Shown one piece after another: positions 1 through 7,968 of a DNA stretch of 21,031 bases. Each line of letters opens with the position of its first letter. Position 1 is the stretch's first letter. Origin of the DNA: a virus (Duplodnaviria; Heunggongvirae; Uroviricota; Caudoviricetes); IMG/VR virus record IMGVR_UViG_3300005613_000005, positions 155,213-176,243 of that record; one strand, written 5' to 3'. The notes under the pieces were generated by a model that worked only from the letters and a program-made list of their open reading frames with translations, was not told where the DNA came from and ran no database searches. The translations under genes and the position numbers were made by a program.

Positions 1-267
1 AACTTCTAATTTGTTGATTTCTTTAGACATCTCAATCTTATATTCAGAATGCTCTTCTACTTTTTTCACTATATCTTCCGTTAACTCTTTTCGTATCTGT
101 TCTTTCTCTTCAACTACTTTATCGATCTTCTCTTGATATTCTTGTTTAACGCGCTCCTCAATTCGTTTGGTCGGGTAGAATATCGCACCGATAACGATCC
201 CCACGATCAACACCAGCACAAACTGCGCCACACGATTTTTCTTTACGAAATCAATTATCTTTTTCAT
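1..267 (-). CDS. Membrane-anchored coiled-coil protein, partial (runs off the window start)
   Basis: Not in the ORF track. ATG at 267 preceded by GGAGAG. Reads MKKIIDFVKKNRVAQFVLVLIVGIVIGAIFYPTKRIEERVKQEYQEKIDKVVEEKEQ..., open to position 1: an N-terminal hydrophobic helix followed by a charged helical region. Confidence 0.75.
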   Translation of the reverse strand, partial: MKKIIDFVKKNRVAQFVLVLIVGIVIGAIFYPTKRIEERVKQEYQEKIDKVVEEKEQIRKELTEDIVKKVEEHSEYKIEMSKEINKLEV

Positions 268-268
268 A

Positions 269-1138
269 TTACTCTCCTAACAAACAAAGCGATAGTTTAT
301 ATAAATCACTGTCTTCACCATGATATATGCGAAAAGCTTCTGTTATTCCTTTATCACCGTATAATTTCTTGATCTTCCTGTTAAACATCCACCTAAACGG
401 CCTCATATACCATTTATGACCTATCGCTTTATATCGTAACCACGATATCAACTTACCGGTAGTCTTGTTCGGATCATTATTTTCAAACGACACTTTTCCA
501 ACATACCACAGATAAAACAACGGATTAGGAACACAATCGGCGGATACTTGATACGTAAAGACATGCCATCCTTGACGAACACATTCAAAATATTTAAGAT
601 TAGGAAGAGGATCGAATAGTTTATGAACGCTGAATTTCATAGGGGCACGGTTGTCGTACGAATACCACCAAAATTTCTTACCATACTGGAGTATCTCTTG
701 CGGATAACGCTGAAATTCTTTTCCGAACATCACGCTGAACGATATCGCAGCATAGTTATCCCATTGATCCTTACGATCATCACGACCAGGATTACGATTG
801 TATAGTCCAGGTATTATATCTTCGCCGAAACCACCGGATCTGCGACGTCCCAGATTACGTATAGCTTTGTGCAAGCGATCCGCGTCTACTTCATCGAATA
901 TTCCTAATTCATGGAACAACGCGTACATCTCCATAGTAAACAATATAGTATTGTCAGAATAATACTGATAATATAAACCATTATATAGTTCACTTATCAT
1001 CTTAGCTTTTATTTTCTTTGCTTTTTCAATATTCATATCAATCTCATCCTTATCGTTGCATCGATCATGCAGTAGCAACATAATACCACCAAAAATAATC
1101 AATGTTAATATAACATACTTAACGATATTACTGCCCAA
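269..1138 (-). CDS. Hypothetical protein with N-terminal transmembrane segment
   Basis: 289-aa ORF. Hydrophobic YVILTLIIFGGIMLLL near the N-terminus; overlaps the end of the groEL-like gene. No family recognised. Confidence 0.75.
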   Translation of the reverse strand: MGSNIVKYVILTLIIFGGIMLLLHDRCNDKDEIDMNIEKAKKIKAKMISELYNGLYYQYYSDNTILFTMEMYALFHELGIFDEVDADRLHKAIRNLGRRRSGGFGEDIIPGLYNRNPGRDDRKDQWDNYAAISFSVMFGKEFQRYPQEILQYGKKFWWYSYDNRAPMKFSVHKLFDPLPNLKYFECVRQGWHVFTYQVSADCVPNPLFYLWYVGKVSFENNDPNKTTGKLISWLRYKAIGHKWYMRPFRWMFNRKIKKLYGDKGITEAFRIYHGEDSDLYKLSLCLLGE

Positions 1139-2849
1139 ATCCTCCTGCTCCCATCATGTCCCTAAACGACTTTTCTGCTAGATCAAGTTGATTTTCAAGA
1201 TCAGAATTACGCGGCACTACTACAAGACCACCTAAAGTTATCAGGAGTAAAGCAACTGAAAGAGCATTACCGATAGCGACTCTTGCAACTTTAGCAGGTT
1301 CGATGATACCGGCCTCAAAAGGATCAGTAACCTTATGTTCACTTGCGTCAAACACTTTCTTGGGTAAACCTTCTTGATTATGCGCGCGCAGCATCTCCCT
1401 GATATGATCTATATCGTCGTTGTTTTCTCCACAGTTGTTCATGAGTAAATTGAACGGTTCACGTAGAGCGTTGACTATTATATCGTACGACGGTTTCTTA
1501 TCTTTCAACTCATCGATTATATCAGCCAACTGTAACGTCACGGTGCAACCACCCGGAATAACTCCTTCGGCAATAGCAGAGCGAACAGATTCAACTGCAT
1601 CTTCAACACGAGCCATCTTTTCCCTGGTCTCTAACACGGAAGTAGCACCGACCCATATAGTAGAAACACCGCCTGTTAACTTACTTATAGCGGTGCGTAT
1701 ATGCATCTTGTCTAGATCACTAAAAGCCTGATTTAAGATACTTTTAAGCTCAGATATACGATTGTCTACAGCATCAGCATCAGGACAACATTGAATAAAC
1801 GCTTCATATAAATTAATGGTGGCTTGATCAAACTCGCCGAACACGTCGTCGGGGATATCGTCCATGGTAAAAGCAGTAACGCTGACAGGATCCCAGATCT
1901 TTCCACCAGTATACGCTGACATGTCTTCTAAAAACATAGATCTTCCATTAGGTAAACCAGACCTGGGAGTTTTGACCGGAACGACCGTAAGGCCGTTCTT
2001 AGTCGTTGTCACCAACTTGTCGATAACTATATCAGAGAACTCATGAGCCATTATGATTATCGGTTCACCCGGAATTTCTCTGGCCTGATAGATATCTTGA
2101 ATTATGCCAGGAACCTTAAGGTCGGTTATCTTTCCATCGTAGAGAAAAACCACACCTTGATCCATGTAAACCTGTTGATTAGCCCTATCATTGATGAACG
2201 CAGGTCCCATGTGTCCTATCTCTTTAAGACCGCTGGTAACTATATACCCATCTAAAGCTTCAACACGGATCTGATCTCCCTGAGCTTCTTCGATCAAAAC
2301 CTTACCATCGTCTCCTGCAGCTAGAACTGCTTCTACAGCGTACCTCGCTATCTCAGTATCACCGTTAGCTGATATAGTAGCAACTTGACGAAGTTGTTCG
2401 TCGGTCTCTGCTTTGACTGCGTTATCTTTTAAATACGGGACGATCACGTCCGTATACAGTTTATTAAGTTCGTTGGCGATTTTCTGCGGGTTATATTTGG
2501 GATTCTCAACGACGAACTGTTGCCCATATTTCGTGATAGCGTCGGCTAAAACTATAGCCGTCGTAGTTCCATCACCCGCATCTTTCGCAGTGTTGATGCA
2601 TATCTCTTTACAGGCTTCTACTATAGTATTTGCTCCAGCATCAGCCATTCCTAATTCTTTAGCGACCGTTACGCCATCTTTAGTTACCAATGGAGCCATA
2701 TTATCACGTTCTATTAAAACTCCGCGACCTCCAGGACCTAAGGTTCGACCGACTGATGCTGCCATAGTCCCTATACTATCGGCAACTAATTTACTAAGTC
2801 GCGCGGTATCAGATATGATATCTTTTGCTTTTGATTTACTATAAATCAT
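1128..2849 (-). CDS. groEL: Phage-encoded GroEL/Cpn60-like chaperonin
   Basis: Motifs TLGPGGR, TKDGVTVAKE, AGDGTTTA, ATISANGD, RVEDA, EGVIPGG, GIIEPAKV and a Gly/Met-rich tail (MMGAGGFGQ). SD AAGGAG upstream. Confidence 0.95.
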   Translation of the reverse strand: MIYSKSKAKDIISDTARLSKLVADSIGTMAASVGRTLGPGGRGVLIERDNMAPLVTKDGVTVAKELGMADAGANTIVEACKEICINTAKDAGDGTTTAIVLADAITKYGQQFVVENPKYNPQKIANELNKLYTDVIVPYLKDNAVKAETDEQLRQVATISANGDTEIARYAVEAVLAAGDDGKVLIEEAQGDQIRVEALDGYIVTSGLKEIGHMGPAFINDRANQQVYMDQGVVFLYDGKITDLKVPGIIQDIYQAREIPGEPIIIMAHEFSDIVIDKLVTTTKNGLTVVPVKTPRSGLPNGRSMFLEDMSAYTGGKIWDPVSVTAFTMDDIPDDVFGEFDQATINLYEAFIQCCPDADAVDNRISELKSILNQAFSDLDKMHIRTAISKLTGGVSTIWVGATSVLETREKMARVEDAVESVRSAIAEGVIPGGCTVTLQLADIIDELKDKKPSYDIIVNALREPFNLLMNNCGENNDDIDHIREMLRAHNQEGLPKKVFDASEHKVTDPFEAGIIEPAKVARVAIGNALSVALLLITLGGLVVVPRNSDLENQLDLAEKSFRDMMGAGGFGQ

Positions 2850-2864
2850 TACTTCTCCTTTTAC

Positions 2865-3125
2865 TCATCGTAATTCTGTAACAAAATATTGATTTGATGC
2901 ATTACATTCAAAATGAACAACATAAACTATATAATCAACCATTAGATTTGAAAAATGATCCATATTTTCAACTGTTCCGTGTAATTTACATCTATGAAAT
3001 TCATGGCGTTCACGAACACGTGCTGATTTACATTGATCGATGTGAACTACATCACCATGTTTATATTTTAAAACGGGTTCCGAACATCCAACCAACAACA
3101 ACAATAACAATATATATTTCATCAT
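2865..3125 (-). CDS. Putative lipoprotein
   Basis: MKYILLLLLLVGC: basic residue, hydrophobic core, then lipobox LVGC. Confidence 0.7.
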   Translation of the reverse strand: MMKYILLLLLLVGCSEPVLKYKHGDVVHIDQCKSARVRERHEFHRCKLHGTVENMDHFSNLMVDYIVYVVHFECNASNQYFVTELR

Positions 3126-3163
3126 TTATCCTTTTCTATTATTTTAAATATTTGCTGATCCAT

Positions 3164-3772
3164 TTACCATCTCTTTTTCTGTTTATGATCTTTATACTTA
3201 CTGCCCTTACTTAAATTATCTTTAGCCCACATAGGTTGCAGATTACTGTAATGGCAAGCTTTCTTTAATTCTTCAGGGCTAGATAAGTTAAATTTGCTCA
3301 AAGGTTTAACGTGGTCTATGTGCCACTGTCCATAGTTATCCCAGGACATCCCTGGTTGGAACTTTAACTCTAAGTGTCTTTTAAACTCTTCTATTGAACA
3401 GCCTAAGTCTCTAACCGCCGAACCATGTTTTTGATTGTTTTTAAGGGCGTTGTAAAGTCGTATTCGTAAATACTTTACTATTCGATAATCAATATCATAT
3501 TTTAATCGTTTTTTACAATAATTATTTCGAATATTACGACTTGCAATATTATATTGTTTAACCTTATCAGGATTATTTTCTCGCCATCTTTTTCCCTTCA
3601 CTAACTCTCGTTCTTTATTTAATTGATAATACTGTTTTCTATATCGCTTTTGTGCCTCAACATTGATTGTCCGGCCACGACATGTCCTACAAGTAGTCTT
3701 ATATACAACATCTCCATTTTTTCTCTTATGAGATATTTCTAATTTATTGCCGCATTTACATCTCATTACCAT
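3164..3772 (-). CDS. Free-standing HNH homing endonuclease
   Basis: C-terminal LGCSIEEFKRHLE..FQPGMSWDNYGQWHIDHVKPLS...HYSNLQPMWAKDNLSKG; N-terminal CKC/CRTC and a basic helix. Confidence 0.88.
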   Translation of the reverse strand: MVMRCKCGNKLEISHKRKNGDVVYKTTCRTCRGRTINVEAQKRYRKQYYQLNKERELVKGKRWRENNPDKVKQYNIASRNIRNNYCKKRLKYDIDYRIVKYLRIRLYNALKNNQKHGSAVRDLGCSIEEFKRHLELKFQPGMSWDNYGQWHIDHVKPLSKFNLSSPEELKKACHYSNLQPMWAKDNLSKGSKYKDHKQKKRW

Positions 3773-3796
3773 CTCTTCTTTTGTTTGTAATCTTTA
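3164..3796. repeat. 31-bp imperfect direct repeat (3164-3194 and 3766-3796) bracketing the HNH gene
   Basis: 27/31 identical; the copies encode KDHKQKKRW* and KDYKQKKRW*. Confidence 0.9.
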
Positions 3797-4470
3797 ACAA
3801 TCTTATGATATTTCTTTATCTTTCGCTTATCTCGTTCATATCCATAAAACGAATGACCTAGCTTGAGTGCCGCCCTAAGAGCAGCGGTTGACGACATAAA
3901 AGGATCGAATATTATGGAGCCGGGTAGACAATCCGTCATGCGAATCAACAACTCAGCTAGGTCTACGGGATAAGAGTCATCGAGCGAACCGGTCTCTACC
4001 AACCAACTGTTGCCCGGACACGTCACTTCCTCAGGTGTTTTCATGTACTGCCGTATAGGTAAACGATCTAGTTTCCAAACGACCCCATTGCAGAAGTGCA
4101 AGACGAATTCATGGGTATTGACCAAACTCGTCTCTGATCGTTTACCTGGAAACCAACTTTTTTGAACTATGATATTGTCTATATGATGAAAATTACATTC
4201 TTTCATTACTTTACATACCTCAAACGGTCTCGATTTATCTTCAACAGGAGCGTAACATATTAAAAACACTACACCGTTTGGTACCATATGAGCTTTTAGT
4301 TTGTTGGCAAATTTCTTAATATATTCAACTGAATAACCATCTCGTTTACGAATAGGTATACGACATATGCAACACTCGATACCATGAGGCCATATGGCAT
4401 GCTCGTCCATCGCATCGAGATCGCTCAGATGTATGTTAGTATTAAAAAGTATAGACAAATTGTCCACCAA
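3766..4470 (-). CDS. N4/N6 DNA methyltransferase-like protein with degenerate catalytic motifs
   Basis: Beta-class layout: PNGVVFL, NIIVQK, HEFVLHF, YPVDLAELLIRMT, PGSIIFDPFMSST, GHSFYGYE. The expected (S/D)PPY is replaced by RIPI and FxGxG by FMSST. GTG start with AGGAG SD. Confidence 0.75.
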   Translation of the reverse strand: MVDNLSILFNTNIHLSDLDAMDEHAIWPHGIECCICRIPIRKRDGYSVEYIKKFANKLKAHMVPNGVVFLICYAPVEDKSRPFEVCKVMKECNFHHIDNIIVQKSWFPGKRSETSLVNTHEFVLHFCNGVVWKLDRLPIRQYMKTPEEVTCPGNSWLVETGSLDDSYPVDLAELLIRMTDCLPGSIIFDPFMSSTAALRAALKLGHSFYGYERDKRKIKKYHKIVKDYKQKKRW

Positions 4471-4500
4471 TAAAGCTCCTACGTATAGTTATACCTATTT

Positions 4501-4845
4501 TTAAGAGTTCTGTGTGAAAAGTGTATGAACTGCTTTATCTATCTGTTCCTTGCGTAACTCGTCTGCTTCTTTGATAAAAGCATCAACGTTACGTATGGTC
4601 GCTACCACTTTAAGACGATTGTTCTGGATATAGTATTTTAAGCTCATATGATTAGTAGGTTCAGGAATGGCATTATCACAGGCACCGACCAACTCAACCG
4701 TGGCTGCTATAGTATTGTAAGCAGAAGCTATAACACCGAATGGACCAACGGTTGATGGTACTTGATGTTGGTAGTTGACGGTCATGACAGCAATCGAAAA
4801 CCCATACCAACCAAATATCTCTTCTAGTTCTTCATGGTAGTTCAT
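4501..4845 (-). CDS. Hypothetical protein (probable paralogue of the two upstream genes)
   Basis: 114-aa ORF coupled by an ATGA overlap; residue pattern resembles 4842-5168. Confidence 0.7.
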   Translation of the reverse strand: MNYHEELEEIFGWYGFSIAVMTVNYQHQVPSTVGPFGVIASAYNTIAATVELVGACDNAIPEPTNHMSLKYYIQNNRLKVVATIRNVDAFIKEADELRKEQIDKAVHTLFTQNS

Positions 4846-5168
4846 GTCTTGTCTTCCGAATCGTCTGCTAAAAATTCTCGGATCACATGATCTGAGACAT
4901 TTTTATAATAAGTTCTATAAGTTTCAACGTAGTGATCGACATCTCGTATGCGAAGTCGTATACACTTCTTACCATCGATCTCGTCGTACTGTATCTCAGT
5001 TTTACCAGCCGTTAACCAATCTATATCACCATCCCCGATCAACACAACATCAGCGCTTCTTAAAGATAATAGTCCTTTACTAAAATAAGTATCAGAACTA
5101 AACGAAATTTCAACGATCGTAAAACCTAAATTCTCTATGATATCTTTTAAAATCGCGTCTGGGCTCAT
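4842..5168 (-). CDS. Hypothetical protein (probable paralogue family)
   Basis: 108-aa ORF with ATGA overlaps at both ends. Confidence 0.7.
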   Translation of the reverse strand: MSPDAILKDIIENLGFTIVEISFSSDTYFSKGLLSLRSADVVLIGDGDIDWLTAGKTEIQYDEIDGKKCIRLRIRDVDHYVETYRTYYKNVSDHVIREFLADDSEDKT

Positions 5169-5554
5169 TCTTCGTCCTTGGTCAATAACTTATCCATAAA
5201 CTGATCGAAAAGGTGAGAGTACATCTCATGTAATTCTTTTTTAACATCGTCAACAAACTTCTTTAAATTATACGTCACCATCTTACATTCGATAACATCA
5301 CCGACAGTTGATCCCATTTTAATGGTAGCATCCTGCATAACCTGCGGCAAGATCTGTGGTGAATGAAGCATCATGGTTATCTCAATCGAAGTATACGTAG
5401 TGGAAGTTACAGTACAAACAGCATTAGTGCCGGTATGATACGTCATATATGGTGAGTTATTTTTTCCTAAACTAACAGTTACCAAAGATATCTCATCACC
5501 GTAACAACCTTTGAGTAACATTATTAAATCTTGAATAGCATCAGTGTCCATCAT
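5165..5554 (-). CDS. Hypothetical protein (probable paralogue family)
   Basis: 129-aa ORF with an ATGA overlap to dUTPase. Confidence 0.7.
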   Translation of the reverse strand: MMDTDAIQDLIMLLKGCYGDEISLVTVSLGKNNSPYMTYHTGTNAVCTVTSTTYTSIEITMMLHSPQILPQVMQDATIKMGSTVGDVIECKMVTYNLKKFVDDVKKELHEMYSHLFDQFMDKLLTKDEE

Positions 5555-6087
5555 TTACCGCTCGATCCAAAACCACCGTCGCCGCGATCCGTATCTGTAT
5601 CAACACTTTCGACTTGTTCAACGAAAAACTCACTGTTGTGAGGATTAATGGTCATCTGCGCGATCTTCTCGCCTTTCTTAACGGCGATGTTCTTCTGCCT
5701 GTACTGCATGGACGAAGATACTCCTTGATAGTATTCTTTATCATAGTAGTTGAGGTTAGTACATATGACATGCGGGACACCACGGTATCCTTCATCTATC
5801 ACGCCGGCCCATACTAACATACCTTTTGAGCCAAGCCCTGATTTTGTCTCTATCCTTCCCCAAACTCCTCGAGGAAACTTGACCCTGATGTTCAACGGGT
5901 GTTTTATGACTTGACCGGGTGCTATAGAGATATCTTCCGTAGCGTACAGGTCGAAACCCGCGTCTGTGGGATGAGCTTTAGTCGGCAGGGTGCCATTCTC
6001 GAGTACTTCTACCTCAATCTTGAAAGCATCGTCATGGATTTTCTTCATCCACCGCTGTTTTTTAGCAATATCGTCTGAATTGTGCAT
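5551..6087 (-). CDS. dut: Trimeric dUTPase
   Basis: Five motifs: DAGFDL, KSGLG, GVIDEGYRG, KIAQM, RGDGGFGSSG. Confidence 0.95.
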   Translation of the reverse strand: MHNSDDIAKKQRWMKKIHDDAFKIEVEVLENGTLPTKAHPTDAGFDLYATEDISIAPGQVIKHPLNIRVKFPRGVWGRIETKSGLGSKGMLVWAGVIDEGYRGVPHVICTNLNYYDKEYYQGVSSSMQYRQKNIAVKKGEKIAQMTINPHNSEFFVEQVESVDTDTDRGDGGFGSSGK

Positions 6088-6088
6088 A

Positions 6089-6529
6089 CTATACTCCGTT
6101 CTTTTTCATGTAACTGTCAACGGCCATGAACGCTACGCGACCGGAAACTATCTTACCTATTTTTTTACCCTCTGATTTAACGTATGCTATCAGTATCCCT
6201 TTATTAATTTCTGCCGGTTTAACCGTTGAAAGATAGTCGTCTAAGATTTTATAAGCTTCATCTACGCTGATCTCTTGCGGCATGAACTCTTTAACTATCG
6301 CCATCTCTCTTTTAGTTTTATCTATGAAATCCTGCGCGATGTTTTTTATGAAAGTAGCTTTCTCAAGTTTCGTATAATAAGCACAGATAACTTCTATCTC
6401 AGTTCGTTTATCTTTTGCTTTCTTACTTTCTTCTTCAATACATGACTTTATCATGCGCAACACATCGCGCCTAAAAAAATCTTTGCTCTTCATCGCCGCC
6501 ACGATCTCTTCGTTTATTTTTTTCAGCAT
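6089..6529 (-). CDS. GatB/YqeY domain protein
   Basis: MLKKINEEIVAAMKSKD..RRDVLRMIKS..., REMAIVKEFMPQEIS, G.LIAYVK, VSGR match the YqeY pattern. Start moved to ATG 6529 (GGAG SD, 7-nt spacer). Ends in TAG. Confidence 0.8.
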   Translation of the reverse strand: MLKKINEEIVAAMKSKDFFRRDVLRMIKSCIEEESKKAKDKRTEIEVICAYYTKLEKATFIKNIAQDFIDKTKREMAIVKEFMPQEISVDEAYKILDDYLSTVKPAEINKGILIAYVKSEGKKIGKIVSGRVAFMAVDSYMKKNGV

Positions 6530-6663
6530 ATCATTTCTCCACAATATAAAACAATTCTACTACACCACAATATCTTTATGTTTTTAAAAAAAATATTGCG
6601 AGTCACACGATCTTGCGGGTAAAATAAAATCCTGGTCAACACCACCTCACCTTACTTAACTAT

Positions 6664-6746
6664 ACCTTACAAACTATAGTCTACAGATTTTGCGTTCCGC
6701 AAAACTGATATTCGCGCGTTTCGCGCGAAGTGAAGTGATGTAAGGT
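6664..6746. other. Intergenic multi-hairpin structured element
   Basis: Outer 8-bp IR ACCTTACA(6664-6671)/TGTAAGGT(6739-6746) encloses TTTTGCG-TTC-CGCAAAA (6688-6704) and TTCGCGCG-TTT-CGCGCGAA (6711-6729). Confidence 0.7.
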
Positions 6747-7106
6747 TTAGTCAGGATAGATGTTGTTCATAAAATAATTATATTTTTTACGACAATGCTC
6801 ACATCGGTCTAACAGATCTTTAAGAGCGTTTGGTACGTTGACGCGGTAGTACTGTTGATGGTCAGGTAGATAAGATATATCTGGTTGTTCATAGTTACTT
6901 TTATGGTTGTATCCACGCCATTCCATCTCGTGCGCTAGTTGATCGTGGCGTCGCTTCATGTGCATTGGCTCTATGCAGTTGTTTTTTATATAGCCGTCTA
7001 TCTTATGCTGTTTCACGAATACGTGACGATGTTTGTGAAGCTCATTGTATTCACCGAGCAGGTGTTTCCTGCACAAGATTCTCGGATCGACCATCCACAT
7101 TCTCAT
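6747..7106 (-). CDS. Pyrimidine-dimer DNA glycosylase / endonuclease V (DenV-like) family protein
   Basis: MRMWMVDPRILCRKHLLGEYNELH ... RHDQLAHEMEWRGYNHKS is the characteristic pattern of this family. Confidence 0.85.
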   Translation of the reverse strand: MRMWMVDPRILCRKHLLGEYNELHKHRHVFVKQHKIDGYIKNNCIEPMHMKRRHDQLAHEMEWRGYNHKSNYEQPDISYLPDHQQYYRVNVPNALKDLLDRCEHCRKKYNYFMNNIYPD

Positions 7107-7126
7107 GTAAACTCCGTTATCAATAT

Positions 7127-7204
7127 TGGTGCCCCGGGAGGGATTTGAACCCTCAACAACGCTGTTTTAGAGACAGCTGCTCTGGCCAATTGAGCTACCG
7201 GGAC
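7127..7204 (-). tRNA. Amber suppressor tRNA, anticodon CUA
   Basis: Cloverleaf: acceptor GTCCCGG/CCGGGGC, D arm GCTC/GAGC, anticodon arm GCTGT-CTCTAAA-ACAGC (CTA at 7170-7168), T arm GAGGG-TTCAAAT-CCCTC, discriminator A, encoded CCA. Confidence 0.93.
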
Positions 7205-7212
7205 ATACCTAT

Positions 7213-7220
7213 ATTTTACC
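7213..7220 (-). promoter_or_regulatory. -10 box GGTAAAAT upstream of the tRNA
   Basis: TAAAAT ends 8 nt upstream of tRNA G1 and matches the GTAnAAT motif recurring in this window. Confidence 0.6.
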
Positions 7221-7222
7221 GA

Positions 7223-7651
7223 TCAGATCTCGTCTAGCTCATTCTCGTAGCGTTCGTACGCCGCCAGACATTTCATGTCATCGTCGGCCTCTTTCTTTAT
7301 CTCAGCGATCAAAGATTCAGGAATTTCGTGTTTACTGAGCCTGTCTTTCCAATCACTGTACCACCGTTGACCGTAAATGTACTCACACCGTTCACCAACG
7401 CAGATCTGAAACGGGTCACTGTATATCCTCTCGCCCTCGAACTCCAGGTAAGGCATAATGTAGTATGGTGAATCGCTACAGCAACCACAGCTGTGCGTTG
7501 CCGTATATTTGTTGACTCTAACGTTAACTGACTTAGCACACAAAAATTTTTTATTCCAACGATCCCTGCCTTCTCTCAGATCCGGAAACTCTTTCCTGAT
7601 TTTTTCTAATTTATTCGCTTCTTCTCTGAGTTCTTTTATCTTATCTTTCAT
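7223..7651 (-). CDS. Hypothetical protein with HSCGCC motif
   Basis: 142-aa ORF with AAGGAG SD, directly after the Pth2-like gene. Confidence 0.75.
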   Translation of the reverse strand: MKDKIKELREEANKLEKIRKEFPDLREGRDRWNKKFLCAKSVNVRVNKYTATHSCGCCSDSPYYIMPYLEFEGERIYSDPFQICVGERCEYIYGQRWYSDWKDRLSKHEIPESLIAEIKKEADDDMKCLAAYERYENELDEI

Positions 7652-7662
7652 AGTTAACTCCT

Positions 7663-7968
7663 TTATAGTAATGGTATGTTTTCTAATATCTTCTCTACCT
7701 GTTCAGTCGCGTGTGTTGCAAAAGCGGTCATGCTATCGTTAAGATCTGGTTCATGAAAAGGATATGCGATACCATCAGATTCATTAACTTGATCAAGTAG
7801 TTTGTCTAACTCTTGCTCGTTTTGAACCTTTAAATATACTAGAGTACATCCTTCATATTCTTGTTTAGCTAGACCACCCCACACGACAATTTCCATCGCC
7901 GCGTGTCCTGCTTGTATTGCCTGCTGCGATCTCGACAGATCGTTACGCACTACGACGAAGACCTTCAT
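7663..7968 (-). CDS. Peptidyl-tRNA hydrolase, Pth2-like
   Basis: KVFVVVRNDLS..QQAIQAGHAA, TLVYLKVQNEQEL, FHEPDL.DSMTAFA and C-terminal IPLL fit the PTH2 fold pattern. Confidence 0.85.
   Translation of the reverse strand: MKVFVVVRNDLSRSQQAIQAGHAAMEIVVWGGLAKQEYEGCTLVYLKVQNEQELDKLLDQVNESDGIAYPFHEPDLNDSMTAFATHATEQVEKILENIPLL

Noticed and set aside
6688-6729. Simple rho-independent terminator
   Set aside because: Neither stem is followed by a U-tract on either strand, and the stems are nested in a larger IR.
7127-7204. Reading the tRNA as Arg(TCT)
   Set aside because: The 5-bp stem GCTGT/ACAGC fixes a 7-nt loop CTCTAAA with U33 followed by CTA.
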